A stretch of 62,240 nt of DNA, filler included, from Platydemus manokwari (taxonomy: Eukaryota), in NCBI GenBank assembly GCA_037951405.1. It is 6 parts of 6 records of this genome, joined end to end, with 100 filler letters (N's around TTAATTAATTAA, not from the genome) between each part and the next. Parts side by side here need not be neighbours in the genome. Positions count along the whole stretch, not along the records: positions 27,794 to 39,491 come from JBBMOY010515553.1; positions 39,592 to 52,212 come from JBBMOY010043346.1; 4 more parts are not named here. One strand, 5' to 3'. The position numbers and the translations under genes were made by a program. The notes below the pieces were generated by a model. The model did not search any database. It worked only from the letters and a program-made list of their open reading frames with translations, and had not been told where the DNA came from. Shown piece by piece: positions 27,694 to 41,633 of this stretch (positions are counted from its first letter, which is position 1; every line of letters begins with the position of its first letter).

Positions 27694-30600
27694 NNNNNNN
27701 NNNNNNNNNNNNNNNNNNNNNNNNNNNNNNNNNNNNNTTAATTAATTAANNNNNNNNNNNNNNNNNNNNNNNNNNNNNNNNNNNNNNNNNNNNTAAATAT
27801 ATATGCAAATAAACAAATACTATATTTCTTGAATTAGAGAAAAATGAAATCAATAACCAATAAAAAAACCCTTTGAACAATAATTGGTACACGAACTACA
27901 AATTCAAACCTAAATTGTATTAAATATCTGTGCCTCATCGAATGAGAAATCACAATAGTATGCATCAATACATGGTTCACAGCACAAAGTAGTTCTGTTC
28001 CACATGACTTAACATAAACGCTATACATTTTATGGAAAATCAAATTCAATAGAGCAATTATTTAAAGGAAGTTAGTTAGAATGCTTTGAAGTAGCGAAAC
28101 AACGTTTTATTTGCACCCAAGAATACTTGATATGGACTTGTTGGGTCTACTTGAGTAGAGCGCAACAATACCGGTTAATTTATCAATCTGAATATAAAAG
28201 ACAATAAGTTGATTCACTAAGATCTATTTGATATGTGTTTGTCAATAAAAGGCGAACCGATTCTGGGCACAAAACTGCAGATACTGGTCAAGGATTCACT
28301 CACGGCCTTAGTTTTTACAATACAAATTAAAAGGTTATCGGCAATCAAAAATACTATCGCGTTTGCCCTTCACTTTTAATTACCACCTGAATTACCATTA
28401 TTGGAGAAATACTGTCTCGAATACTCCACAATAAATAATAAATCATAATAACCCGTCTTAGTCCTAAAGTGTCTTTTTTCTTCTTAACGGCTTCTCATGA
28501 TTGCATTCAGAAATTTACCCAGAAAATTTTCTCTTATTCTGGGGGTCAATAATCAAGCTACATTGTCTGATCACGATCTTTCACGAATGGCAAATTCTAA
28601 TCGGAATGCCTCCGAATTTATGCTGGCTTACTTGCAGCACTGCCTAGTCAAACAATCAATTTTATTTTTGTATGTCAAATTTCAACTGGTTTTTCTAAAC
28701 TGATGTTTTCTGCGTCTAAATCGGTCGAATCACCAGCATCAATTCATAATCTCTTGAAAGGTCCAGAGCCCAATTTTCAATCAACTTTGCTAAGTTGATA
28801 CTTTGGCCTTCATTTATTGGGATTTTGTGACAATTTCTCATTGGTGTATGTAAGCCGCTACTATTTTAAAAACCACACATTAAAAATGAACTGAAAACTC
28901 ACGAAATCAAATTACATTTAAATATAAATATTTAAACAAACTAATTTGATTTTTACCAAAAAAATTATACAGAAATAAATTTTCTATAAAATCAAATTTT
29001 ATTCAAAATTAAATCTTTTAAAATTTTAATTCAATCTAAAATGCTCGCAATGTATAACTGATGTCATTTCCATTATCAAGCATCAGAACAAGGACTTTGA
29101 ATTTCTTATTATTTTATTTTTATTTTTATACCATTTTTTATTAGCTGATCTCTTCAAATCAGCTGTGGTTAAATGCGTGCTTGGAGAACTTATAAAGTCG
29201 AATTAGGTTAAAAGAGAAACTTTTGTGTTATATTTGACATTTCCCTGCATAAAACTAGGAGTGATCAAAGGAATATTATTACATCATCGCCTAAAATATA
29301 AATATCATGTATAAAACAATTTATATTTTATTATAAAATATAAATATAAGGATAAAAAATACAAAGTTTTAATGTAAATATTGTGGATGTTTTGAAACTT
29401 TGAACAATCATGATGATGTTTTGGCGACTACACCAAACAAGACAGAGCAATTGCGATTTAATATGATTAAATAGAATTAAATCTATTTTATGGATTTGAA
29501 GGAAATTAACCAGAGAGATACTTTTATTATAACACATGTTAGAATGATTAATAAAGTTAGTTAATGAAGGCTGAGATTTATTTCCTTTCATGGAATAAAG
29601 TGGTGTAAGATAAATCATGAATAATTTTCCATGCATAGATAATCAGGGATCATAAGACAAAATTGCATGAAAATTATGAAAGTATGTAACAATCAAATAA
29701 ATGAAATTATCTGAAAAAAAATATTATTGATCGATACAAAAAGTGAAATTACAGTGTGGTATTGTTTGCGTTTAAACCTTTCAAGTCAAAGTGAAACATT
29801 CTTGTGAAAAAAATGAAAGAAGAGGACATATGAAGTAGAGGTCTTATCGATTAAAATAAACCTCGCAGATATGGAAATGGTGTGATAATAACAAAATAAA
29901 ATTTGCTCACCATGGTTTCATAGATAATTTGATCGATGTAATAAAATGAAGTTTTTCCTCAATAGATTTCTACATGAAATTCTGTAGCGAAAATATTTTA
30001 ATTTTGCAGGAATATATCGATAATTTTCAAAAATAATTTTCGATAATTTCGTGTGAATTAATTTCATTACAAAAATAGATGAGAAAATTATATTCTGGGT
30101 TAGTTGTAAAGTTATGATATGGTGCGTGTTTGCATATCGTTTCTTTGGTCACGTGACTCGTTGGTAGAATATGTAGAGTATTTTTTAGTAATCTTTAGTA
30201 TGTTAATTACCAAATTTAGAAGCAACCTACGGTTTTCAGTGGTATTGCTAAATTGGTTTGCACTATTTCTATAACTACATGGTTACTAGACATTTGAATT
30301 ATAGTGACCTTGAGATAGATTAAACAAAATGAATTTGTTGTATTTAAATTTATTTTCTTGTTTAATTTAATTATTAAATAATTCTTTAAGGCTATTTTCA
30401 TTTTTAAGTTTTATTTATTTTATTTTAAATATTTGTAGTGGTCTTACTTATTCATTGTTTTATTTGGGTGCTAACGCTTTTTGAAATTGTAGTGAATTTA
30501 GACTCAATTTTTTTTCTAATTTGCATGTGGTTGTTCATTTATTTTTCATCATGTGCTTTACATAGCTGGGTTTTACCTCAAAAACATGATGCAAGAAAAT

Positions 30601-33600
30601 TATAAATAGCAAACTTTGTTACCAAAAATAAATATTTTCATTGGAGGATCTACGCCTTACAAACATCTATCATGTCATCTTTAAATTATGTGAAATCAAT
30701 TTTTATATTTTGGTAAACTGGATGTATCTAATCGATTATGATCACCATTCTCTAATTATTTAGATAATAGCTTTATATATTATTTGATATTGACCTACAT
30801 TGTAATCATTATCATTTGTCGATCTGTATTCAGATAAGTTGGGATTTCCATCATAAAATCCTTCACATAGACTATAGAACCGCGATATTGTAAAAACCAT
30901 GAAACGATTTCCGGTCAAATGATTCTATTTTGGAATTTATGTTACTCATCTTATCAAATCATTATTCTAACAACTATCAATTAATTCGTCAAAGTTATTC
31001 AATTCTATTTTCATCTTATTTACATTTTCAGTCTTAATATTTGTCACCTAATTAATAAATCAATATTTTAATTATTTTATATTATTAATGAAGTTATCGA
31101 ATTTCTTAAGTTAAATCATTATTATTATTATTACTAATAAATGCAACTTTATCGTTTCATATTCCATTTCTAATTTAAAATTTTAGGAAATTCTTCAGTA
31201 AATAAATGTCGATAAATTTCTCAATGGATTACACGAAATAGATCAGGAAATTATTGATAAAGATTTCATTAAAGGAATAATCAAATTAGAAACCGTGGAA
31301 CACGTTATAACAATATTAGATTCAGTAAAAACTCCAGCATCGAATTATTACAGATGAAAACAGCCTTTATTGAGGTTCATGAAGAAGAATGGTCTTTCAA
31401 TAAATTTTATTAAGACTTGCTAAGATATGCACACCCCGTTAATAGAGGGTTTATCATATATTAAAGAATAGAAGCGTATGCCGTTATATAGCCGGAATAA
31501 ACAAGTATGGCTGGATTTACAAAAATAAGCTTTATATTTATTGTTGAGAATTCTTTGATAATTTCTGTTCGGTTGGATAAAAGAACGAACTCAATGAAAT
31601 ATATTCACCACTGAATTAATCAAATTATTATAGAATAACATAGAATTGTAAGCACAGTTTGATTCCTTAATCGAATTATAAATATTTCGGATGATTTACG
31701 GATGTTTACAATTATCTCTCGGATGAGATCTACATAAATAATCAACATTGTCGTGATGGAATTGGTTCACATGAATATTTTGATGAATAAATTGGATTTC
31801 ATTAATCAGTGTGACAATTATATTTACGATATTGATTATGATTAATAAATTATTATAAAATTATTATTTGCAAAAAACAAAAAAAAATATTATAAGCAGT
31901 TAAGGAATTACGGATTCCTATCCAATACTATTACCAACAAGAACATCGAAATCATTCCATCAATAAATGCCCGATTATTAATTTAATCTCTCATAATTAT
32001 CAGTTATCTAAAAAATTATCATCAATCGATAATACAGATAAAACGAAATCGAAAATACATTGAAAATTATTCTAAGCGCTGATAGAAATTATGAGAATTG
32101 ATTATACTCTATTGATTGATATATGCTTCAATGAGTGACACGCTCTGTTAATTATTCTTATCACCAATGGAAAAAACAGAATTCAATGAATATGAAAATA
32201 TTTCCAAAAAATTTCCAATATCCAATTAAGTGGAAAATGCGTTTTGGAAAATCCCCGCCAGGCACATGTATATGAAGCAAAAAAAATGTGCGAGAAAACC
32301 GAATACAAAATTCATGAGATTCACTAATAAATGTTGATTGGTTGATAAATGTTGATTAGATTGATAAGTTTATTCGACCGTAATCAAGTCGACATGGAAA
32401 TGTAAAAAATATTGATTGATCGCTGCTTAAGTTCATTGGTGGATGGATAAAATAATAATTAAAATACTAATGGGAGATATTCATTTATTGATTTATGGGT
32501 TTTAATATGGTATTGTTTCGGTCATTAATCATTTTCTGGGTAGCCAAATCTCGAATTATTTTTATGAATTCCGTTATTTCTTCGTTTATATTCAACTTAT
32601 CTAGGCATATATGCTCAATCGCTGCAGTTATCTTCATTTTATAATATTTTAATTTCATAATTTATTATTATTATTAATAATGATAAGTATTAAAAGAAAA
32701 ATTCATCTCATATAAATATAAATTCCTGGTTAATAATAATGCCTGAGATGACTTAGCAAAACATATATCAATATTAATTAGATGGAGTTATTTTATGTAT
32801 TAAGATGATTATTAGAGATTAAGAAAAAAGGACATTTAATGTTTATAATTCAATAAATAATAATATTATATAAATGAGGATATATGAATAAGAAAGAGAA
32901 AATAAAATTCTCAAAAAATATTTTATTTAATTATATGAAATTAACAAAAGGAACTTGAGAAATTGAAATTTTATATAATTAGATAATCGGATGAAGAAAA
33001 TAGAGAATTAATTTGTCCAAACTTGGTAAAATAAAAGAAGACCAAAAGAAATCCATGTGATGTATCATAAATAATAATGATAATAACATTTGGAAATAAA
33101 GAATAAACAATTATGGGTACCACTAATTGATAAAATGTGATATCTGATATTTTGAAATCTTAATTTCTAAAAGTTATCATAAAATCCAATGATTATCGAA
33201 TAAGTAGTTTTTATTTTATTCCATATTCAGGCCTTAATTGATCTTTGTTCAGAAATGAAGTAAGTCCAGCCCTATAACATATCCCTGTAGTAAAGAAAGT
33301 CTTTAACAAAATTAGAAAGCACACGCTGATTATCAAGACACAAATCAATCCTTGACAAGAAACTAAAGAATAAAAATTTGGCAAACAAAGACACACTAAG
33401 ACTGCATAAATGAATATGAGACGATATTGAATTCACATTGTGAGGATTTTAAAATGATGATGATTTTTAAAATATTTTTAAACATTTATAAAAGATTTTA
33501 CAATTCGATTTCATGTATTGAATTGATTTGATTAATAATAGTGAAATATAATTTCGTGTCTTGACTTTTCAATTATTTTTCAACGCTCTCTTGATTCAAA

Positions 33601-34113
33601 TATTAGCGGCTTACATGCACATTATTTTGCTATTATAATTTATGACTGCAGAAATCAATACCAGATACCGAATATTATCGATCTATTCATCATATCTGCA
33701 ATTTAATTTAATTTCAGCAAAACAAAATAATAATTATTATTATTACTTCATTGTTTCTTTTTCACAGAAATTTCACACGAAATAATGATTATGAAGCATA
33801 GGTAGATTATTTAAATGAAATGGTGGAATGGTTATCAATTATCGAATCGACAAGGGATATTATTAGTCTTCTCCTTTAACAGATTTATAATTAATTCTTT
33901 AAGAATACAAATAAGGCATTTTATACATAAAGGGACAAGCCTATTTCGTCAGGCTGCACTCTCATTTTAAAATCATTTAAGTATCTTTGATTCAAAACAT
34001 CTCCGTATTTTTGAACAATCATCATTATACAATACTTTATAATTTAAGATTCGACTGTTTGATTTGGAATTTTTTCAGGTTTCCAACTGTTAAGAATTAA
34101 TTTATTATTATTA

Positions 34114-34150
<37 letters not shown>

Positions 34151-35256
34151 CGATAACAATTATCAATATATTTAACGATGTTGTGAGAAGTCAGTAACAA
34201 TAATAATAATCTTGAATGCAAGTTAATAGCTAAGATTGTTAGTCTAAATTACAGTTGGTATATCCAGAATTTTCGGAATTAAGAACTCTGCCACAAAGTT
34301 TAGTTAAATAAATTTAGCATTTTAATTATAAATATTATTTACCGAATTTCTGTCAAATCCAACAGTTATTTAACGCTGTATTTCTTAGAAGTAAAACTAT
34401 TCTATTATTTCTCACGAGTAAAATGTATTTTCACGAAAACATAAAAACAATATCTATCCAATCAGATCATATCAAGTAATACTTCATGATAAAATGAAAA
34501 TATTTATAAGAACAGTTTCTTGAATTACAAATTTACAATGACAAAGAATCTTAATATTCCACACGAAAACCATTTATCAATTATTATTAAATATTGAGGG
34601 TGAATTCCTCTAGGAAATGTACCAACTCCATTTCCTAGATTCATCGTAGGTAAGATCTGGCAATGATGATGTTCCATTAAGCAGAGAATCAATCAATCTG
34701 AATCGAAAACAAATTTACTACAAAATTAGAGCCAGAGGCGGCATAAAAATGATTTTACGACAAATTTAATTCGAGTTCTCCTCGCTAAAATGAAAGAAAC
34801 AAGAAAACCCATTACAGTTATTGTGTATTTCACCAGTTAAATTTAAGATTATTATTTTTAAAGGATTTTGTATTTTCTATGAAATATATTTATTTGTTTA
34901 AATAAATGTAGTTAAAATAATTTTCCGTTGTGCATTTTGCATTGGGTTTTCAAAGCGTGCTTTATCAAATAGTAGCGGCTTACAGAGTAAAACCAATGAA
35001 ACAAAGCAAGCCACCAAATGAATAGAGGGCAATGGAGTAACAAGCCCCTCTCCTAATTATCCTGTGCATTCAGAGATTATCTTAATTCTTTCAATTTTTC
35101 AAGTGGAAAATATTAAGACAAAAATAATCGATTCACAGATCTAGAAAGTACATGGTTTATATGAAGGAAATATACTTCTCTCGAATGAGAAGGCTCCTCC
35201 ATTTCACTCGAGAGACATAGGATAGCGAGCAAGAATGAACGTGAAAATTGATATAT

Positions 35257-36058
35257 TTAAGTTGTTGATGATTTGCCTCCAATGAAGCAGAATTTGCTTT
35301 GCCACACTCGAGACAAAATGTTCTTCAACTTTCCTTGCAAATTCGTGATGCTCAACTGACTTGACCTAATTAATTTTCACCACGTCGTTATAAGCTTACT
35401 TGCGGTCCTCATCGGAGATATCCGAATTATCCAGATAGCGGAGAACCTCGGCTCTCATGCTGTCTACTTCGGTTTGCAATTGCGATTTGTGGTAATTCAG
35501 CTTTTCTACTTCAATCTGTAATTCTTCAATTATGAGAAAGTATTCCTCGAATCGTATCACTCACTCCGACATCCTGTAAACCTTCAGCCAGATGCGTAAT
35601 CGTAGCTCTGGAAGCCATGGTCTGTTTCGTGTGTTTTTGGATTTGATTAATCTCGTCCATTTTTTCCCAGCATTGAGTTTTGAGTAACTCCAATTTTTCC
35701 GCTTCTGTCGGAACAGAATTTATTGTTTGAGGTTTGAATTGTTTGCGCTTTTCTTCATCAACTTAATACCATCGAATAGAAGCAGTTTTTTCGATAAAGG
35801 TTTATCTTTACTTTTCGACTTTGTTTTAATGAGATCTTCGAGTTTCTTTTCCTCTTCTATCATCAGACGTTCATACTCGATCTCGGTCACTTTAGCCGTC
35901 TCAATAGCTTCATTAATTTGAACTATTTCCGACTGGACTGTATCCAGTTTTTCTTTATGATAAACGGTTTGCTTTAGTTGATCTAATTCGGACTGAAGCA
36001 ATTCCTTTTGTGAAACGGGCATTTGGAGCACTCTATCCACTTCGGCATCGTAAGAACT
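35257..36058 (-). CDS. 3' part of an unknown coiled-coil protein gene, 4 exons (36058-35812, 35761-35565, 35515-35400, 35365-35257)
   Basis: Removing three GT-AG introns (50, 49 and 34 nt) gives one open frame, SSYDAEVDRVLQ...KSKIDEEKRKQF...LQDVG/IEVEKLNYHKSQL...DRK/SSQLSITNLQGKL...GGKSSTT*, with E/K/Q/L-rich heptad character. Upstream exons (about 36100-36480) were not resolved. Confidence 0.7.
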
Positions 36059-39000
36059 CTGAAGAACAAATCATTAATGTAAAATGTGTGACTCATACAT
36101 ATATTAAAACAAAATAATGAAAAGGAGAAATTGTAATTCGATATTTTTATTTTTAAATTTTTTATGGAAATTCTTTGAGCTAATCAAATCTTCCCGAATA
36201 TTCACGTTAAACTCATGAACAATGTGTATTCCCAATCTTAGTCAACAAATAATAATCCAGGCTACTAATGTACCTATCTCAATTTGAGAAAAGTCTTTAT
36301 TAAAAATATTTTCCTTGAAATCCTCACTGTTTTGCAAACAGCTTCTGGCTTCTGAGCGAAAACAAATCCAATGCCAAATTAATCAACATTTTATTTAATC
36401 ACCAGCTGCATCCCACTAAATGGCACACACCCTCTTATATACAAATCGGCGACAATTTAAACATTTCCCCTCAAACTGAAATTTTACAAATCGAGCCAAA
36501 TTTCCATTCACGCTCATTTGACAAAAATTAAAAACTCAAACATAATCCAAACCAAAATTCGATTGATCGATTAAAACAAAAAAAATATCTGCCAGTTTTC
36601 TTTGACCCGATATTATCGACAAAAAATAAATCCACCAATACCATACAAGCCTGGCATGGATCCTGTTGGCAGCATTGATTGTTTCCAATAATTTTCGCTA
36701 TAAAAATCAGACTTCGTTTTAATGTTAACGAAAGTGCGTTGACTATTTGAAAGTAATAAATAATGTTTTTTGTTTTGATTACTTGAGCTATTTATTTTTT
36801 TTTATTCTCAAACGTTGGCGCCTATTTGATCATAATAATTTCGGTTAGATGAGTAATTGCCGAACTTAAGATAGACAAATCATAACACGCACTCCTGTCG
36901 CCAGTGGAGATCAATGCTTTATTTAAATTGAATATCGCATATTTTCTGGATTATATCTGATAATGATGAGTAGACAAGAATATAAAATGTGTCTCGAGGC
37001 AGACTTAATGTTGGAATTCCAGTGCATTTCGTTACCATGATTTCCTAATATTAGCAGTGCTACTTCTGTAAGTAAAATGTACTCCCAACATAAATCCATG
37101 TTTATTTATTAATATCTAACACAATACTTGAAATAAAGGGCAATATCAGCCAGTCAGCTTAGTGACTGCTTAATTGACATATTGTCGGCATCCATCATCT
37201 TTAGTTTTATATTCTCAATCTGCTCGATTGATGCCAGAAATTTCTCAGTAAAAACTCTCGTGGTTAAATCAATATTTCATGAAAATAACGCTTTTAAATT
37301 TATCGAACCAAGGAATTGGTGCTATCAAGCAATTGGATGGGTATTTTACTTTATAAATTGGATTTATTACCGCTCTAAAATAATTTATTATTTCGAGTTC
37401 CAACGATATTTAAATCATCAATAAGGATTAATATAATTTTTCATTAATAAGAAGCTGAATTGATTTACAAGTTCAGTTAACATTGGAACCGATTATTGAT
37501 GAAGAAAAGCTGTAACCTATAAATAATTTTGACATTCATCTCAACAGTATAATCTCTGAATTTATGACATTGATATGTTTTGATAGAGATAGGAGGCAAT
37601 CTATGATATAAACACATTGAATATCGGTTTTTAAAACGAATTATTTTAATTCCACTCTATTAGAAAGAGAGGCTGTTAGCTTAAATAATAAATTAAATAA
37701 AATATTTATCTAAAAAAGAACAGATAGAACAATTATTGGACAACATAATAAGATATAATGAAATGAATAACAAAAATCTTGGTATAACTTTAAGGATTCG
37801 GAATTAAAGGAGAGTTTTGGCTGAATTCAGAGACGGATTTATGAAGATGGAAGATTCAATTAATCATTTCAGTAAACATATTAGCTGAGATGAAATATGA
37901 ATTGTGAAATTATTTCTCCGCTAATATAATTTAGTGCTATGATGAGAGATATATGAGATAACCAGGTACTCAAAATATCACAGCAATCATGATGTGATAT
38001 ATAATGATAATGTTTGTTGTGATCACCACTCATATTATTGTGACAGAAATACCAATATAATTCTATGATCGGCTGTAGTGCATATTTTACGAGCTCATTG
38101 TGTTAATGGTTGCACATCAAAACTGAGATGAAGCATTTGATTGTATTCAATTTGAGATCTAGCTGAGATGATGTTACTGATATGATGGCGTTGATGATAA
38201 ATGTAATGTTTAAGTGGATAGCAACATACTAATATCATAGATGAATGTATTAATCATTGAGCACAGCACTACCAGAAGAATGATAATGTATAAGATGAGA
38301 CTGAAACCTTTAGTGATTGAATTGATGGATGAATGTGAGAAACAAATTGTGAGAAATATCAATGATCTCGCTATTTAATTGACATCAAAACAACTTAATA
38401 ATAGAACTGAAATAACAATAATAATATCAAAGACTCAGCTGATTTAAACAAAATATTAATATTTTTTCAAAATCCAATCAATTCTATCGGGTAAACTTTT
38501 ATCGATAATTAATAAAATCGACCTAATTTTATATAATTAATCATGCATTAGTTCCAATGACCAATCATTCCTCTTCACCATTTATTAACAAATATGAATT
38601 CGAATTCCTTGATCTCATAATATTGGTGGTTTCAAACTCACTATTATATTGAATTGTTATTGTATTAATTTAGGGATTAAATCAATGAAAATATAAATAG
38701 GAAAATAGTGGTCTTGGATTAGTTGATAATAAATATAATAATTGATTGAAATGGTTGGTGAAAAATTCGATAATAAAATCGTATGTAATATCTAAGATTA
38801 AAAATAAATTAGAAAATATCTGCTGATCACAATTTCAATGAGATAACCATTAATCATGTGACGACATTTATTATAATCAGACAAAATTAAATTTCTGAGC
38901 ATTTTATTGACTTATTGGTCACAGAATTGATTATTCAGAGGAATACCTGGTGGGATTGTCAAAATTTATACCATCAAACATTAATAGTAGCAATATGTAT

Positions 39001-39415
39001 GTACAAACAGCAACAATAATGACAATTTGATCACAATTGATTCATAATAAATCGAATGGAATATCAATAAATATGTATCGATACATATATAATTGATTCG
39101 GTTATAAAAATTGGAAAATCAATAAACCTTTATCCTGGACAAGAGATGAGAAAACATCCAAGATTCACCAATCAGATCGGTAAATATTTCTGAATAAATT
39201 TGAAGCCGATGAAAATTTGGTGTTCGACTGAATTTATTGATTTGTTCCAATTTCTAAAAATATTAGATTTGGTTAAAATAATTTTTTGGAATGGATATAA
39301 ATAAAAATTAAGGCATTACGGTGTTAAGTGCTTCTGTGACAGGATTTAATATTGGGATTATAGAGTGGAATCGAATATCAATAAAAGCATATCGTATAAT
39401 ATTATATTACAAAAT

Positions 39416-39491
39416 AATATAAAATATAAATATAAAATATAAATATAAAATATAAATATAAAATATAAATATAAAATATAAATATAAAATA
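39416..39491. repeat. 13-bp AT-only minisatellite (ATATAAAATATAA)n running into a gap
   Basis: Directly visible. Confidence 0.9.
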
Positions 39492-39698
39492 NNNNNNNNN
39501 NNNNNNNNNNNNNNNNNNNNNNNNNNNNNNNNNNNTTAATTAATTAANNNNNNNNNNNNNNNNNNNNNNNNNNNNNNNNNNNNNNNNNNNNCCAGAAAAA
39601 TATTCAAAAAATTAATTTAATTTAATTATTATTATTTCTTTTGTTGAAATGATTAAAAATTATTTCTATAAAAATCAAAAATTAAAAAAAGAACAAAA

Positions 39699-39736
<38 letters not shown>

Positions 39737-41565
39737 TAATAATAATAATAATAATAATAATCACAAATCATTCAAAAGGGGTCAAAGAACCAAGGGAAAA
39801 CCCTAAAATAGGTCAATACACACAAACCTCATAAACACATGTGTCGTTAACCAATTAGATTTGTTCTAATGTTAATCCATATTTAGAAGTTAAGAATCAA
39901 CAATTTTATGTCTACAAAAGGCAGCAATCTCAAATATCCACCAATGACTTGAGAGATAAAAGGAAAATCCCAAGTATAGAGATTCACAAACAAATTCAGC
40001 AAATTGAGAATGAAGATCCGTGACACCAACCAGACACACCCGATGAGTCAATAAAAGAGGTTGAAATCCATGGATTCATGACAGTATTTTTGGTCGGTCA
40101 TTTAAGTGTTTAGCTTGTGCGATTTCAGTAATCAGCTTTTTTTATTACTCTTCATTCTGTTTTTAACTTTCGGGCTTTGATCGCATCTTGAATGGTTTTC
40201 TTTGTGAATTTCATAAAGATTTGTTATTATTGAGACTTTGAGTGTATTGCATAGGTTAATATAGATTTGTAGATTCAAATTGTTCTTTGATGACCCAACC
40301 GAATATTTCAATTTTAGCGTTGTCGAATCACTGAAATATTTTCAAGTACAATTTTAAAGTATTTTATTAATTTCATTTCTATTAGTTTTATAAATATTAC
40401 TGAAAGCAGACAATCGATAAGGGTTACAAATTTCTTTTAATTCTTCCAAAATTTAATTCTTGTTAATGAAAATGAAATCTTACGATAAGATATTTATCGA
40501 TTGAATTGATTTTGTGAATGTTACGATAAGTTCGGGTCTTATACGGCTTATTATTATGTTGATTTTTTTATATTTGTTATCACTACCTACTTAACTAGTT
40601 TCAATGAGTTTTTCGCCTCGCACAACCTAATTAAATGAAGACAATAGCTGTGGCAACAATTATATGACTCATAATTCGATTTTAAATTATTCTCAATTGA
40701 TGCATCAATGTTATTGTTATCTTTCCCATATATATCACCAAAATTGTTGACTTTAATTGTTGTTGAAGCTCCAACGGATCTTTACAAAATTATTAACGAC
40801 AAACTGTGACTGCTTAGATTTAAATTAATTATTACTATTATTATTACTATTATAACTACTATATGAATAATGAAAAAAATATTATTACACCAAAATTACA
40901 AAATTATACAATAGCATCAGTTAAACAATCCATGAAATTTTATGATGATTTTAAAATTATCGATTATAGTTTATAAAGCCCCTTCGTGATATTGGGTCAC
41001 TATCGTTATCAAGATAGAGACTCATCTCGGTAAAAAGAAATATTTTAAATTTTAAATATATTTTTAGATTGCAATAAACAATCACGTGACTCGGTCTTTC
41101 AGTTATGGGGAAACTGGTTATATAGCTGTTCATGATTTCTGTATGAATTTATTTCCGCTGGAATGTAATCTGAAAACTATTATCGCGTTGTGTCTCTAAA
41201 TTTCACATGCTATACCAGTGACTGCTGCTATATATACGCATCGATAAGTCGCTCATAGAAATTCTATACGAATATTTCTTTAATGGCTCACACGTCAGTT
41301 TTCTAGAATGATTTATTATTGCAGAGAAATATGCTTGATAATAAATTCGATAATAGGTAACTTGCGATATATTAGCATTTATTTTAATTGGTAGATTTAT
41401 TATGGAAAACTATGGAATTTGTTTTAATGGGTAAGTTTTAATCTTACTGGAATTGATAAAACTGTTTTATAAATATTATATATAAATAAAATACGACTAT
41501 TATTAATAATAATAGTTATTATTATTGTTTATAATAAATTGTTACAGCATTTATCCGATAATTTA

Positions 41566-41633
41566 ATACATCAATACATTATAATTTTATACATCAATAC
41601 ATTATAATTTTATACATCAATACACAATAATTT
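41566..41633. repeat. 23-bp tandem repeat, 3 copies (ATACATCAATACATTATAATTTT)
   Basis: Units start at 41566, 41589 and 41612. Confidence 0.9.

Noticed and set aside
29840-29850. GGTCTTATCGA, resembling part of the planarian spliced-leader sequence as I recall it
   Set aside because: Only 11 nt match, with no terminal ATG|GT donor or Sm site following.
37880-38330. Cluster of ATGATG/CTGA words and repeated CTGAGATGA, suggesting C/D-box snoRNAs
   Set aside because: No properly spaced C and D boxes with terminal stems or identifiable guide sequences; more likely decayed low-complexity repeat.
39377-39396. 20-mer ATCAATAAAAGCATATCGTA repeated at 51428-51447
   Set aside because: Real but short; the flanks do not extend the match and no element could be defined.
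40040-40070. CCGATGAGTC...GA..TTGAAA as a hammerhead core
   Set aside because: Core is mismatched, stem II is poor, and there is no stem III or cleavage triplet.
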